From: an uncultured Methanoregulaceae archaeon | GTDB lineage: Archaea > Halobacteriota > Methanomicrobia > Methanomicrobiales > Methanospirillaceae | DNA length: 64,000 bases | Assembly: GCA_963701095.1 (NCBI GenBank) | Contig: OY969564.1 | Coordinates: 2,561,687 to 2,625,686, forward strand | Reading direction: 5' to 3' | In this document: in pieces, positions 1-10,773 of the stretch | Position numbering within the stretch: position 1 is the stretch's first letter | Layout: every line of letters begins with the position of its first letter | Notes under the pieces: model-generated | What the model saw: only the letters and a program-made list of their open reading frames with translations | Databases searched by the model: none | What the model was told of the DNA's origin: nothing | Made by a program: the position numbers and the translations under genes

Positions 1-481
1 TATCCATAACGGAACCCTTCCGTGCGTGGACAATGTTTTTGTGGAAACGGCAGGGGAGATGAAGCAAGCAGTTGATGTGTATATCAAAAAAGACAATCCT
101 GATTTGTATATCAGTGCAGCAGCCATATCAGATTTTGCGCCGAAGAGAAGGGAAGGGAAAATCAAAAGCGGGAAACTGGCTACGATTGATCTTTTCCCGC
201 TTCCAAAACTTATTGATCCTCTCATGGAAACAAAAGGAACGCGGGTGGTAGCCTTTAAAATCGGGAGAAATCCCCTTCCAGAGGCAAAGGCGTTGCTTGA
301 ACGTGGCGCATGGATGGTGATTACCAATACCCCGGAGAGTATGGGGACGGCTACCGGCGCCTACCGCGTGGTGACCGGTTCGGACAAAAAAGGCAAGCCC
401 GTTTCCGGAACAAAAGAAGAGATTGCAGACCGGATCTGGCAGGCTATTTTGTCGGGCATAAAAAGAAACGATGGCGTATGA
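1..481 (+). CDS. coaBC: Phosphopantothenoylcysteine decarboxylase/ligase CoaBC, C-terminal part (5' end outside window)
   Basis: Motifs ISAAAISDF..GKIKSG and VAFK typical of the CoaB domain; heads the pantoate kinase/PPS cluster. Confidence 0.9.
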   Translation, partial: IHNGTLPCVDNVFVETAGEMKQAVDVYIKKDNPDLYISAAAISDFAPKRREGKIKSGKLATIDLFPLPKLIDPLMETKGTRVVAFKIGRNPLPEAKALLERGAWMVITNTPESMGTATGAYRVVTGSDKKGKPVSGTKEEIADRIWQAILSGIKRNDGV

Positions 482-559
482 CCTCTGCTGGGATACTCCG
501 CAAGCGCAACTCCTAAAAGAGTCTGACATCCAACCAGATATGACAGGTACAAGACAGCT

Positions 560-1425
560 ATGACACCTCCACGTGTAACGGCGTTCTGTCCCGGCCACAT
601 TTCCGGGTATTTCCGGAGAGTCGACGGAAACGATCCGGCAACAACGGGAAGCATTGGCGCCGGTATTGTGATAAGTGAGGGTGTTACTGCTACGGTACGA
701 TCTGCGCACAAATCATCAGTGATTATACGGGTCGAGTCTAGGGGGGGAGGATCCCGGGAAGTCTCGCATGTATCGCCACCTCTTTCTTCGGCACTTGATA
801 GTCTTGGGGTAACTGCTGCAATTGAAACAGTCTGTCGGTTGCCTATAGGCGCAGGTTTTGGACTTTCGGCAGCAGCGCTACTCGCTGCGCTTACTGCTAC
901 GAACCGGCTTTTCAGGCTCAATCTTTCTCCAGATGATATCGCCGAACTCGCCCACGAAACTGAAGTTACTTTTCGTACCGGTCTGGGGATGTAGCCGCAT
1001 GCCAGGGAGGCGGACGCGTCGTGAGAACAGGTCCGGGCATCCACGGAACAATCTTCCGCAGTTTTGATCTCGATGCACCGGTATGTGCGATTAGTTTTGG
1101 TCCGATCCATACACCAGAGGTACTGGGGTCTCCCTCCCGGATGGCACGCGTGGCGGAGGCATTCCCGAAACGACAGCCTGCTGATGCTATGGATTTTTTC
1201 TCCTGCTGCCGTGAATTTTCCTCAGAAAGCGGACTTGAAACTCCGACAATACAAAGAGTCCTGGCTGTATGTGACAGTCAAGACATCCCTGCGGCCATGA
1301 CCATGCTTGGTGAAGGAGTTTTTGCCTACGGTGACCGTGCCTGCGATGTGCTCTCTTCATTTGGGGAAGTGTATAAAATGCATGTGGCAAAATCCGGGAT
1401 ACAAATCGTGGGAGATGTCCTATGA
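560..1425 (+). CDS. pok: Archaeal pantoate kinase (GHMP family), split by an indel near 990
   Basis: AFCPGHISGYF, GSIGAG and LPIGAGFGLSAA in ORF 560-994; the TGLG(DV) motif breaks and continues in ORF 1021-1425 (R.GPG, MTMLGEGVFA). Confidence 0.9.
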
Positions 1426-2153
1426 TCCCCCGGGATCACCCCAGATACGGTTCACTTGTAACCCGGGAACATCTCGCGGATTGTGCACGTTCGGGCATTG
1501 TTTCCTGGGAAGGACTTATTGCGCATGGTCGAGGTGAGGCATTCGATTACCTTCTTGGGGAAAAGACAAGCGAGAGTGCCTATCATGCCGCGAAGACCGC
1601 AGCAGCCTTGCTTCGCACTGCCCGCCTCCCGGTAATCTCGGTGAACGGTAATACTGCAGCACTTGCGGCACCTCAGATTGCTCATCTCCAGAAAACAAGT
1701 GGGGCGCTTGTAGAGGTTAACCTCTTCCACCGTACTCCCGATCGTGTCCGGCAGATAGAAGATCTGCTCCAGTCCGCGGGCGCAGAGGTCTTTTCCGGAG
1801 AAGCGGAACGTCTTCTTCCGCTTGCTCATGACCGTGGGTTTTGCAGGCGGGATGGTATGTATGCGGCCGATGTGGTTCTTGTGCCGCTTGAGGATGGTGA
1901 CCGGTGCGGCGTGTTGGTTGAAATGGGGAAAAAAGTGATTGCAATCGATCTCAATCCGCTATCCCGGACTGCAAACATGGCTACCCTTACTGTTGTGGAT
2001 GAAGTGACCCGGGCCCTGCCTGTTATAGCCGATGCCTGTTCATTGCTGACAGACCAAGAGTGCCAGCATCTTATTGCAGCACTTGATAACAAGGTATTCT
2101 TGAGAGAAGCCCTAAACAAAATGAAAGCGAGGTTGTGTGATGCTCTGGACTGA
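1422..2153 (+). CDS. pps: Phosphopantothenate synthetase (4-phosphopantoate--beta-alanine ligase)
   Basis: IPxDHPRYxSL, AHGRGEAFDYLLGE, SVNGN, VPLEDGDR, IDLNPLSRT. Confidence 0.95.
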   Translation: MIPRDHPRYGSLVTREHLADCARSGIVSWEGLIAHGRGEAFDYLLGEKTSESAYHAAKTAAALLRTARLPVISVNGNTAALAAPQIAHLQKTSGALVEVNLFHRTPDRVRQIEDLLQSAGAEVFSGEAERLLPLAHDRGFCRRDGMYAADVVLVPLEDGDRCGVLVEMGKKVIAIDLNPLSRTANMATLTVVDEVTRALPVIADACSLLTDQECQHLIAALDNKVFLREALNKMKARLCDALD

Positions 2154-3138
2154 ACGGTATCGTCCCACGAGGCTCGGGGATATCGTAGGGCAGGACCGGG
2201 TCATCGAACTCCTGTCTTCCTTCTCGGCGTCCGGGAATCTCCCTCACCTGATCCTTACCGGCCCTCATGGTACGGGCAAAAGCAGCGCAATCCGGGGCTT
2301 CGCCGAACAGATGTATGGGGAAGACTGGGAGGCAAACACCTCGATATTCCAGACCGCGGACCTCTTTTCCCAAGGAAAAAAAATGCTTGAAGAGGATGAG
2401 CGATATGCCCATCTGTACCAGAAAGGACAAAGCCTGCTTGTAAACTTTAAATATATCCTCAAATGGTATGCATCGATGCGTCCGCTCGATGCCGACTTTA
2501 AGCTGATGGTCTTTGAAGATGCGCATGCTCTTCCCCGCGAAGCTCAGCAGGGATTGCGCAGGATCATGGAGCAGTACAGCAAAACCTGCCGTTTTATTTT
2601 TTCAACAACTAACCAGAGCGCGATTATCCCTGCAATCAGCTCGCGCTGTCTTCCGCTCTACTTTGCTCCCCTGCCTTCCGTTGTGCTTGTCTCTCAGCTC
2701 AGGGCGATAAGGGAGAATGAAGTGCAGAATGTTAAGTTCAGTTGTACTGATGACGATCTCGAACTGATTGCCGAGGCCGCGCAGGGGGATATGCGCCGGG
2801 GTATTCTTATGCTCCAGGCTGTTTTTCAGGCCGGTTCCTGCAACAATCTTGCTACACTGTCTCAAACCGAGACAGGAACTGTTGCCTCCTCGGCAGTAAG
2901 CCTGATTAAAACAGGTGACATACGCGGCGGTGTCCGTCAGCTTGAATCCCTTATGACCGATTACGGCCTATCGGGAAGAGAAGTCCTGTCAGAAATCAGG
3001 ATAGCCGCGCAGCGTGAATACAACCACCCCCAGCTCGCGATCGCTCTTGCTGATGCAGATGCACGTATGAGTCATGCAAATAACGAATATATCCAGATCA
3101 ACTCATTTGCGACCAGTATTAAGGAGATATTCCCATGA
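2137..3138 (+). CDS. rfcS: Replication factor C small subunit (second-paralog type)
   Basis: LWTERYRP, PHLILTGPHGTGKS, SRC motif, GDMR; Walker B reads FEDAH. Confidence 0.9.
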   Translation: MMLWTERYRPTRLGDIVGQDRVIELLSSFSASGNLPHLILTGPHGTGKSSAIRGFAEQMYGEDWEANTSIFQTADLFSQGKKMLEEDERYAHLYQKGQSLLVNFKYILKWYASMRPLDADFKLMVFEDAHALPREAQQGLRRIMEQYSKTCRFIFSTTNQSAIIPAISSRCLPLYFAPLPSVVLVSQLRAIRENEVQNVKFSCTDDDLELIAEAAQGDMRRGILMLQAVFQAGSCNNLATLSQTETGTVASSAVSLIKTGDIRGGVRQLESLMTDYGLSGREVLSEIRIAAQREYNHPQLAIALADADARMSHANNEYIQINSFATSIKEIFP

Positions 3139-3866
3139 ATATGGTAAAGCAGGAGAAAATTCAGCAACACTATGATGAGATAGCCGAAGTCTATGATCAC
3201 CATTACGATCATCCCCGTGGCCGTATCTATCATACGCGGATCAGCCGCCATGCGATGGAATCACTCCCCCGGGGAGGCAAACTCCTTGATATAGGTTGTG
3301 GCACTGGACTTTTTATCGAAAAATATCTTGGCAATGGGGGAACTGCGGTCGGTATCGATCTGAGCAGGAACATGATTGCCCGGGCTCAAGGCCGGTGTGG
3401 ATTAACGGATTTCTCTCTTGGGACGGGAGAATCGCTTCCCTTTTGCGATAACTCGTTTGATGCAATCTCAAGTCTTCTTGTCTTCAGCTACCTTCGGGAT
3501 CCTTCCGCTATGCTTCAGGAGGCATACAGGGTGCTGCGTCCGGGCGGTGCAATCTCCATCTGTACTCTTGGGAAAAAACTATTGACCCGCGGAATCCCGG
3601 CTATTTACCAGATAAGTGAAAAAATCCGGATCCGGCATGTTGTTATGAAAAATTTCGGTGAGCACTACTTTGACGAAAGGGAGATGTACGAACTCTTTTG
3701 TGAAGCCGGGTTCTCTGATGTCAAGGTCAGTTGGTGCTCGTTTGCTCATATCGATATGGTAGAACCACTTTTTCACCTCGCGCGGCGAGTGGAACCGTTT
3801 ATTGAGCGACGGATTCCCCAGCTGGCTTATAATATCTGTGTTGATGCGACGAAACCTCTCGAATAA
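3135..3866 (+). CDS. Class I SAM-dependent methyltransferase (UbiE-like)
   Basis: LLDIGCGTG, GIDLS, LPF.DNSFD, RVLRPGG. Confidence 0.9.
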   Translation: MNMVKQEKIQQHYDEIAEVYDHHYDHPRGRIYHTRISRHAMESLPRGGKLLDIGCGTGLFIEKYLGNGGTAVGIDLSRNMIARAQGRCGLTDFSLGTGESLPFCDNSFDAISSLLVFSYLRDPSAMLQEAYRVLRPGGAISICTLGKKLLTRGIPAIYQISEKIRIRHVVMKNFGEHYFDEREMYELFCEAGFSDVKVSWCSFAHIDMVEPLFHLARRVEPFIERRIPQLAYNICVDATKPLE

Positions 3867-3939
3867 TTGCATAGAATTGCATTTTCTCTCCCCAACCTTT
3901 ATCTGCCGCACGGCAGAATTGAATAAGGAGTTTTAGAAT

Positions 3940-4275
3940 ATGGGCAAGACAGGTACAACCCTGTGGTCACAGGTTAAAGGAGTCAAGGGACAGATCCGGC
4001 TCGTTCCCAAAAAAGAAGGAGAACGCAAAAGTCCGGGACCCAACCAGAGATTCAGATCGAGTGTCAATCTTAAGAAGGTTGATCAGGCAGCAGCAGAAGA
4101 GCAGCGTGGCAGGGGCGGCGGCCAAAGGCGTGGCGGCAGTCGCGGCGGAAGGCGTGGCGGCGACCGATCAGGTGGTTCAGGTATGAACGAGTCCACAGCA
4201 AGTCCGCTCATTCGCCGGCGCATGCGCCGTTCAAAGGCATCGATCCTTGGTGCCAAGGCAAAAGCTGCGCGGTAG
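3940..4275 (+). CDS. Small basic Arg/Gly-rich conserved protein (DUF5350-like)
   Basis: GGAG RBS before the ATG; N-terminus MGKTG..W.QVKG.KGQIRLVP and an RGG-rich middle; family call from memory. Confidence 0.7.
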   Translation: MGKTGTTLWSQVKGVKGQIRLVPKKEGERKSPGPNQRFRSSVNLKKVDQAAAEEQRGRGGGQRRGGSRGGRRGGDRSGGSGMNESTASPLIRRRMRRSKASILGAKAKAAR

Positions 4276-4417
4276 CGCGATAGTTTCCCTGGTGTGATCG
4301 TCAGGTAATATCCGGGACACTCTCCCCGGACAAGTTATTTTTTCCGGTTTTATGGAGTTTTCTCTGACAGATTCTTCCTGACAGCTGAATCATAATTATC
4401 TTTTATACCCAGTTACT

Positions 4418-4782
4418 ATGGTGAGTATGGATCTTCCAACCGCAGTGAAAAGCTATCAGTTTGGGGAACGGGCAAAATCCGAACTGATTGTTGTCTCGCA
4501 GCTCTGCTCGGCGCTTACCGGTTTTCCTGACACACAGAAAAGCGGCGGTAAGAAAATGCTTCTTCTTCTTATGGAACAGGTCAGGAGTGAGGTAGCTTTT
4601 GCGGCACAGAGCACGGGCGAAAAAGACTTCGAACACGCGATAAACTCCTTAAACGAGGCGATATCGCTTGTGGAGAGTGACCAGCCCGACCAGGCATCGG
4701 AAAAGCTGCTGCCGCCATCAGTGCATCTACCACACCGGCGCAGAAAGCATGGCAGGTACTCTCAGATCATGAACTCATCTGA
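4418..4782 (+). CDS. Hypothetical helical protein; an indel near 4705 fuses it in silico to the downstream nitroreductase
   Basis: The alternative frame after 4705 reads AAAISASTTPAQKAWQVLSDHELI-stop (TGA 4780-4782), overlapping the next ATG. Confidence 0.6.
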
Positions 4783-5296
4783 TTTTTCCCATTTTCTCTC
4801 AGACCGGTCATCGGTCAGGGAATTTGGGGAAACGCCGCTGAATCAGGACGAGGTTGACTTCATCGTATCCTGTGCGGGGACTGCACCAAGCGCGGGCGAC
4901 CTCGAGGCATGGGATGTGGTCGTGATTACCGATGCCGAATTGCGGCTCGATCTTGCAGAAGCTGCTTTGGGGCAGCGCCATGTCAGTGAAGCTCCGGCAC
5001 TCTTTGTGGTCTGTGCCAACTACGTGAGGTCGATGTCCCAGTACGGTGAACGAGGTATCCTGTATGCGGTTCAGGATGCGACTATTGCCTGCACGTATAT
5101 GATGCTTGCCGCCCATGCCAGCAACATAAGTACATGCTGGACCGGGGCATTTGATGAAAATGAAGTGCGACAAATCCTCGGGTTACCTCCCCATGTTAGG
5201 CCGCTTGCAATTCTTGCGGCAGGGCACGGTAAGGCTACGGCTGTGCGGGCAGGCCGTATGGATATCGGGGAACACGTCCATAATGAAGGTTGGTAA
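4769..5296 (+). CDS. Nitroreductase family protein
   Basis: RSSVREF, APSAG(D)L..W, QDATIA, STCWTGAF. Confidence 0.9.
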   Translation: MNSSDFSHFLSDRSSVREFGETPLNQDEVDFIVSCAGTAPSAGDLEAWDVVVITDAELRLDLAEAALGQRHVSEAPALFVVCANYVRSMSQYGERGILYAVQDATIACTYMMLAAHASNISTCWTGAFDENEVRQILGLPPHVRPLAILAAGHGKATAVRAGRMDIGEHVHNEGW

Positions 5297-5329
5297 ATAA
5301 CGGGAATGAATTCTTTTGGGTGAAAAACG

Positions 5330-5668
5330 ATGCCGGACTATCTAGTGACTCTCGAATCAGCATGGTATATCAAGGAAGCAAAGACGCTTGACGACGCAAT
5401 CGGAATAGCGATCAGCGAAGCAGGAAAACGGCTTAATCCTTCGGCAAAGTTTGTTGAGGTCGAGGCAGGCATTCTTGAATGCCCGTTTTGCGAACAACAG
5501 CTTTCAAGTGCCATAGTTGTCGCAGATACTGCGCTTGTCGGGCTTGTGCTCGAGATGAAAGTATTCCGGGCTGAATCCAAGGAGCATGCGAGCCGCATAG
5601 CAAAATCAGTGATCGGAAAAGCACTCCGGGAGATCCCCTTAAAACTATTGGACGTGCAGGAAATATGA
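5330..5668 (+). CDS. UPF0212/DUF555 family protein
   Basis: [33 protein letters not shown]. Confidence 0.85.
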   Translation: MPDYLVTLESAWYIKEAKTLDDAIGIAISEAGKRLNPSAKFVEVEAGILECPFCEQQLSSAIVVADTALVGLVLEMKVFRAESKEHASRIAKSVIGKALREIPLKLLDVQEI

Positions 5669-6561
5669 TTCATGTTGTAGGACACACGGCCGTCGATCAT
5701 ATCTCCCGCGTGCATCATCTCCCCGAAAAAAATCAGTCTACCCATATTACGGATCGGCAGATATTTTTCGGTGGCGGGGCCGCTAATATCGCAGCAGGGA
5801 TCGCTATCCTTGGCGAATCTGTCACACTTCACTCCTGTGTTGGCGATGATTTTTCCGGGAGCGATTATGAGAAGTGGATGGACAAATGGGGCATTCACCG
5901 GGAGTTTTTTGAAGTACCGGGAACCCACACACCCACCGCTTTTATGTTTACCGATGAAACCGAAAGCCAGATGACATTCTTTGAATGGGGTGCTTCAAAA
6001 GCGTTTGCGACGGCAGACGCTCCGGGGCTGCCGCTGGTTCACATGGCGACCGCGGATCCCGATTTCAACTGCCGGGTGGCACAAAAGAGCGAATTTGTCT
6101 CGTTTGATCCGGGGCAGGATGTTTTCTGGTACACAAAAGAGCAGCTCGAATCCATAATTTCCAATACCGATATCCTGTTTGCAAACCAGCATGAAGTTCA
6201 GCAGATGTGCACTACCCTTGGGAAGACAAAAGATGACCTCATTAAAGAGGTGACAATGGCGATATTTACCATGAGCGGTGACGGTAGTATGCTTTATTTC
6301 GGGGGTAGAAATTATTTTATTCCCGCAGTACCGGTCACTCTTGTGGACCCGACCGGTGCCGGCGATGCGTACCGGGCCGGATTCCTTTCTGCGTACGTCC
6401 GTGGATTTGCACCGCTTACCTGCTGCCAGATCGGTACGGTGACCGCATCCTATGCTGTAGAGCATGCCGGCTGCCAGACAAACCTTCCTACTTGGGACCG
6501 GATGCTTAAACGGTACCAGGCTAATTTCGGTAAGATCGAAAAAGGAAAGTGCCAGGAGTAA
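5665..6561 (+). CDS. PfkB-family carbohydrate/nucleoside kinase
   Basis: [26 protein letters not shown]. Confidence 0.95.
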   Translation: MIHVVGHTAVDHISRVHHLPEKNQSTHITDRQIFFGGGAANIAAGIAILGESVTLHSCVGDDFSGSDYEKWMDKWGIHREFFEVPGTHTPTAFMFTDETESQMTFFEWGASKAFATADAPGLPLVHMATADPDFNCRVAQKSEFVSFDPGQDVFWYTKEQLESIISNTDILFANQHEVQQMCTTLGKTKDDLIKEVTMAIFTMSGDGSMLYFGGRNYFIPAVPVTLVDPTGAGDAYRAGFLSAYVRGFAPLTCCQIGTVTASYAVEHAGCQTNLPTWDRMLKRYQANFGKIEKGKCQE

Positions 6562-6726
6562 AACGATGATCGGGGCATCACGTATCACCGGGAATAGGGA
6601 TTTGATGCATGCCGGCCAGAAGGCTATTGAAAGGGGAGAGAATGTCCGGTTCGTGGTTATTCCTCTATTTGAAAACCCAGAGTCCACATTTTCGCCCTCA
6701 GCCTCTCTCAATGGGGGTTTTACCTG

Positions 6727-8463
6727 ATGGAAACTCCCAGCGATGTAAAACTCGGTCAGTTAACCAAGTACCTTTTCTCTGCCCCTTCATGGCCGGTATC
6801 CCTGATCATTCTCATAGTCCTTGGCATTGTTATTGATGGTGCAAGTGCCCGTGCCTGGGTGTACGTGCCGTTCTCCGGAACTCTTGCATTTACTCTCCCG
6901 GCAATTGCAGCATTCCTTTTTACAAAACCGATTATCGAATATTCCGGCAAAACAATGACCTGGAACCGATCGGCACTTCTTGCGCTTGCCTGCACGATAT
7001 TTGGCGTGATCATTACATTCGCCTCGCTTGCCGGAGGTATCAGGTATCTTCCACTTTTCTATGGGATTTCCCTAGGTTTTGTTTTTGGGCTGCGGCTCTT
7101 TGTGCTGGTTGCGATCTCCGATTACCGCCTGCATCGCATGATACTTCCTGCATTAAGTCAGAGCGGTATAGGTGTCATTGTCGGTGTCTTCCTTTTCTCT
7201 CCCGGGTGGGCGGTTTTTGCCATAGTCCTTCATATTGTCTTTGGCCTTGGCTTTGCGACACTCGTATGGCTGATCGAGCGTCCACTTTACCGTGCGTTCC
7301 ACATACGGGGTCTTGCATTTGTCAATGCTTTTATTGCCAATATGACCGACGGTTCAAAAGAAATGGAGAATTTCTTTCGACAGATTGGCGAGGAGATTTT
7401 TGTCCCGCAGGTCTGTCTCTTCTTTAACCGGCAGCAAAAGAAACCACTGCTTTTTACCATCCCCAATCTCCATCCCGGTCCTATGGGTGAAATTGGTGGG
7501 GGCAATCTTCCCCGGGTCATCTATGACCATATGGAAGAAGAATCCATGGTTCCCCATGGGTGCGCTTCCCACGATTTTAATCTGGTTTCCGAAAGTGAGA
7601 TCGATAAAGTGATTGAGGCAATCGAACGATCTAAAAAAGATCGTGTCTATACACCAGGTGCCACCCGTTCCTCCCGGCTTTCATTTGGTTCTGTTCAAAT
7701 CCTGTACCAGCGGTTCGGCGATGCCGTATTAATGATCACCACCCGGTCACCCAAAATGACTGAGGATCTTGATTACTCAATCGGTATGGCTATCATGGCA
7801 GAAGGACACCGCTGGTTCCCGCATGTAGCTTTTGTGGATGCCCACAATTGCATGTGTGATCTATCCACTGCAGTACTGCCAGCTACCTTGACAGCAACAG
7901 AGTACCAGAATGGTGCGATACTTGCAATGGAAGCCAGTAGTACCAATGCGCTCGATCGGTTTTCTGTCGGCTATGCACATGAGCACCTGCCCTACTCGCG
8001 TGAACAGGGTTTTGGCGACCTTGGAATACAGGTTATGGTTGTAGAAACTTCAGGGCAGAAAACCGCTTACGTGCTCTTTGATGGCAATAACATGGCCGTC
8101 AGCGTCCGTGAAGTCCTGCTCAAGAAGATTCTCACGGTAGTCGATGAAGCAGAAGTGATGACCACCGATTCGCATGTAGTCAATACGATCACCGGGAAGA
8201 ACCCGGTCGGAATGGAAGTGCCGGTAGAAGTGTTCCTTCCAGCAGTCATGCGCATCGTTCATGAGGCTATCGATGATCTTGAACCAGCCGAATGTGCAGC
8301 AACGACAGCACAATGTGAACATATTGTTGTATTCGGTTCGAACCGGATTTCTCAGCTTGCGAGCACTGTAAACGCTATGCTTATCTTTGTCGCGCCACTT
8401 TCGCTTGCTATGCTGCTTCTGGCATTTTTTCTCTCTCTTGCAGCGTATGTGCTGATGGTATAA
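6727..8463 (+). CDS. DUF2070 family membrane protein
   Basis: N-terminal multi-TM region; HPGP.GEIGGGNLP, DAHN, DGNN, TTDSH. Confidence 0.85.
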   Translation: METPSDVKLGQLTKYLFSAPSWPVSLIILIVLGIVIDGASARAWVYVPFSGTLAFTLPAIAAFLFTKPIIEYSGKTMTWNRSALLALACTIFGVIITFASLAGGIRYLPLFYGISLGFVFGLRLFVLVAISDYRLHRMILPALSQSGIGVIVGVFLFSPGWAVFAIVLHIVFGLGFATLVWLIERPLYRAFHIRGLAFVNAFIANMTDGSKEMENFFRQIGEEIFVPQVCLFFNRQQKKPLLFTIPNLHPGPMGEIGGGNLPRVIYDHMEEESMVPHGCASHDFNLVSESEIDKVIEAIERSKKDRVYTPGATRSSRLSFGSVQILYQRFGDAVLMITTRSPKMTEDLDYSIGMAIMAEGHRWFPHVAFVDAHNCMCDLSTAVLPATLTATEYQNGAILAMEASSTNALDRFSVGYAHEHLPYSREQGFGDLGIQVMVVETSGQKTAYVLFDGNNMAVSVREVLLKKILTVVDEAEVMTTDSHVVNTITGKNPVGMEVPVEVFLPAVMRIVHEAIDDLEPAECAATTAQCEHIVVFGSNRISQLASTVNAMLIFVAPLSLAMLLLAFFLSLAAYVLMV

Positions 8464-8787
8464 GATCGGCCGTTATAGGGTTTTGTCGGCAGAACCCTAG
8501 ATTTAAATGGTATATATTAAAAGTCAAAATTCTGCAGGTTAAATATAGAGAATATGTTTACACTATTCTTCTCTATTTTTTTGTTTGCAAATCTCCCAAA
8601 ATATTCGTCCTATTCATAATCTCTCACGATTTATCATCTTTTTTTCGAATCCGGGGCCGTTTGACCGCAAGATTTAAAGGAATGGCGTGCGTATCGTCGT
8701 TTATAGCATAGGAGGAAAAGGAGATCGGATCTTTGCAATAATCCTGTAAAGGCAGTTTGTACCGCAGGCGAACTTGGTTAGGTTAAG

Positions 8788-9543
8788 GTGATCAAAGTTC
8801 ATCCATCCGAACACGTACCTGCCCGCTGGATTGGTGTTGATCTCAACACTACCGGTCATGCGGCCGTTGCCGCCGAACCTGAAAGCGGGAAAGTCCTGAA
8901 ACTGGGAAAAAATGTACACTATGTCCGCAGCAGCTCCATCAAAAACTGTACGAAACTCTACAAGGAAGGAAAACTCTGGAAATTAAAAAAAGATAAAAGC
9001 CGTGAACGTAAAGCGTTTAAAGCGGCACTGAACAAAATCTCCCGGCAAATCGTATCCTTCGCGGAATCGCTTGGCTCGGGTATCAAATTTGAAAAGCTCT
9101 TCTCCAGCCGTTACTCGCATGCCCACGATGCTGCGGGTTTCATCGAGTTCTCGTTTGGGAACGGATCGTTTTTCTCGCTCCAGCGGCTGGTTGAGAAAAT
9201 GGCTCTGCGGCGGGGAATCCCGGTTATATATGTAAACCCGGCATATACCTCAAAACGGTGCAGTCGGTGCGGGAATATCGGGCGGCGTAGCAGGAAACAT
9301 TTCGAATGCCCGCATTGCGGTTTTGTTGCGCATGCCGATATAAACGCCGCTTTCAACATTGCCCTTACAACCCACCGGTTTGCCTCTCTGAATCTTCGTG
9401 AGGAAGAACAGGCAGAACGGTGTCGGTTCTCAAAAAAGCAGATGCGCCGGCTTGCACGCGAAGAGATAGTCACCCCTTATTACAGTCATCCGGGAATCGC
9501 GGAACCTACCCCGTGCGGAAATCTGCTTGCAGTTCTTGAGTAA
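8788..9543 (+). CDS. tnpB: TnpB (IS200/IS605 OrfB)-derived protein with RuvC and zinc finger only
   Basis: RuvC-I WIGVDLN, RuvC-II IKFEKL, VNPAYTSKRCSRCG..CPHCG, RuvC-III ADINAAFNIA; 251 aa, with an in-frame TAG just upstream of the start. Confidence 0.85.
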   Translation: MIKVHPSEHVPARWIGVDLNTTGHAAVAAEPESGKVLKLGKNVHYVRSSSIKNCTKLYKEGKLWKLKKDKSRERKAFKAALNKISRQIVSFAESLGSGIKFEKLFSSRYSHAHDAAGFIEFSFGNGSFFSLQRLVEKMALRRGIPVIYVNPAYTSKRCSRCGNIGRRSRKHFECPHCGFVAHADINAAFNIALTTHRFASLNLREEEQAERCRFSKKQMRRLAREEIVTPYYSHPGIAEPTPCGNLLAVLE

Positions 9544-9677
9544 TGGAAAGCACTAATTTTTCTGATAATATCTGGTTGTATAAAGATCTGCCAAGTGCAC
9601 CATAAGCTTCGTAACCCTAAAAGATCGAATCCGAATGCTTATCACATTCCTTCGGGCAAATATATCTCTGCGATCAG

Positions 9678-10619
9678 GTGTACACTGATTATTACCAAGG
9701 GGCTTTACTTCCACCTGGTATGGCAAAGGTGATGGAGGCTATTGATATGTTGCCTGAAAAATCAATTGAAAGGATACTTTTCCTCCAGAGAAACGAAATC
9801 ACAGAACACCATATCTACCTCAAAATTGCACAGGTCACACCGGATTCTCACAATCACGAGATCCTGACGCGGATCGCCTCAGAAGAATTGCAGCATTATA
9901 ACATCTGGAAAAAATACACGGGCCGTGATATAACTCCGGCATTTATCCGGATCTGGTTCTATTATCTTATTGCCCGCTTTTTCGGGATGACTTTTGCGAT
10001 TCAATTGATGGAGGGTGTTGAACAGAGGGCACAGGTCAACGATGGTGAACTTCTCTCTTCCGTACCTGAAATACCGACTATGCTTGTGAATGAAGCAAAG
10101 CATGAGCAGGAGCTTATTGCTCTTATTGATGAGGAACGGCTCAGGTATGTGGGATCCGTTGTGCTAGGTCTCAACGATGCTCTTGTAGAATTTACCGGTA
10201 CTTTAGCCGGGTTGACATTTGCGATCCAGAATTCCCGGATCATTGCAATGGCCGGTTTAATTACAGGTATTGCTGCTTCACTTTCTATGGCGGCTTCAGA
10301 ATATCTTTCACAGCGATCTGATCAAACAAGTGGCATGAGCCCGAAAAAAGCCTCAATCTATACCGGGGCAACGTATATTGTAACTGTTGCGCTTTTGATT
10401 CTACCTTTCCTGATATTTTCCAACCCCTACTTTGCACTTATTTTTACTCTTGTCGGTGCAGTCCTCATAATTTTCGTTTTTACCTTCTACATATCCGTTG
10501 CAAAAGATCTGTCCTTCTGGACACGTTTTTTCGAAATGGCTGCAATCAGTCTAGGTATTGCGGCAATATCCTTTGTCATAGGACTTTTAATCCGACTGGT
10601 GTTGAACGTCAAAATGTGA
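9678..10619 (+). CDS. Ferritin-like (rubrerythrin-type) domain plus VIT1/CCC1 metal transporter; true start may be a downstream ATG
   Basis: E-x-x-H pairs (EEL.H, E.KH) followed by GLNDALVE and ASLSMAASEYLS. Confidence 0.9.
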   Translation: MYTDYYQGALLPPGMAKVMEAIDMLPEKSIERILFLQRNEITEHHIYLKIAQVTPDSHNHEILTRIASEELQHYNIWKKYTGRDITPAFIRIWFYYLIARFFGMTFAIQLMEGVEQRAQVNDGELLSSVPEIPTMLVNEAKHEQELIALIDEERLRYVGSVVLGLNDALVEFTGTLAGLTFAIQNSRIIAMAGLITGIAASLSMAASEYLSQRSDQTSGMSPKKASIYTGATYIVTVALLILPFLIFSNPYFALIFTLVGAVLIIFVFTFYISVAKDLSFWTRFFEMAAISLGIAAISFVIGLLIRLVLNVKM

Positions 10620-10773
10620 AAGGATCTGTAATTCTTCTTTTTTAACGCCAGTGTTGCCTCGCGTTAAACCTGAAACATTTTTCCTTGTTCTGGCGCCAGG
10701 TTGAGAAAGAGATGTGCTTTTTACCGATTACGACATTTATGAACATATCTGCCATCATTCCCCCGGTATTATC

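Noticed and set aside
4418..5296. Apparent novel fusion of a helical domain to a nitroreductase
   Set aside because: The alternative frame gives a natural C-terminus ending at 4782 that overlaps the nitroreductase ATG at 4769; an indel artefact
6566..6727. 53-aa ORF between pfkB and the DUF2070 gene
   Set aside because: Operon-like spacing but no recognisable motif or other support for translation
8788..9677. Cas12f/CRISPR locus or intact IS605 element
   Set aside because: No repeat-spacer array, cas genes, tnpA or recognisable end hairpins nearby
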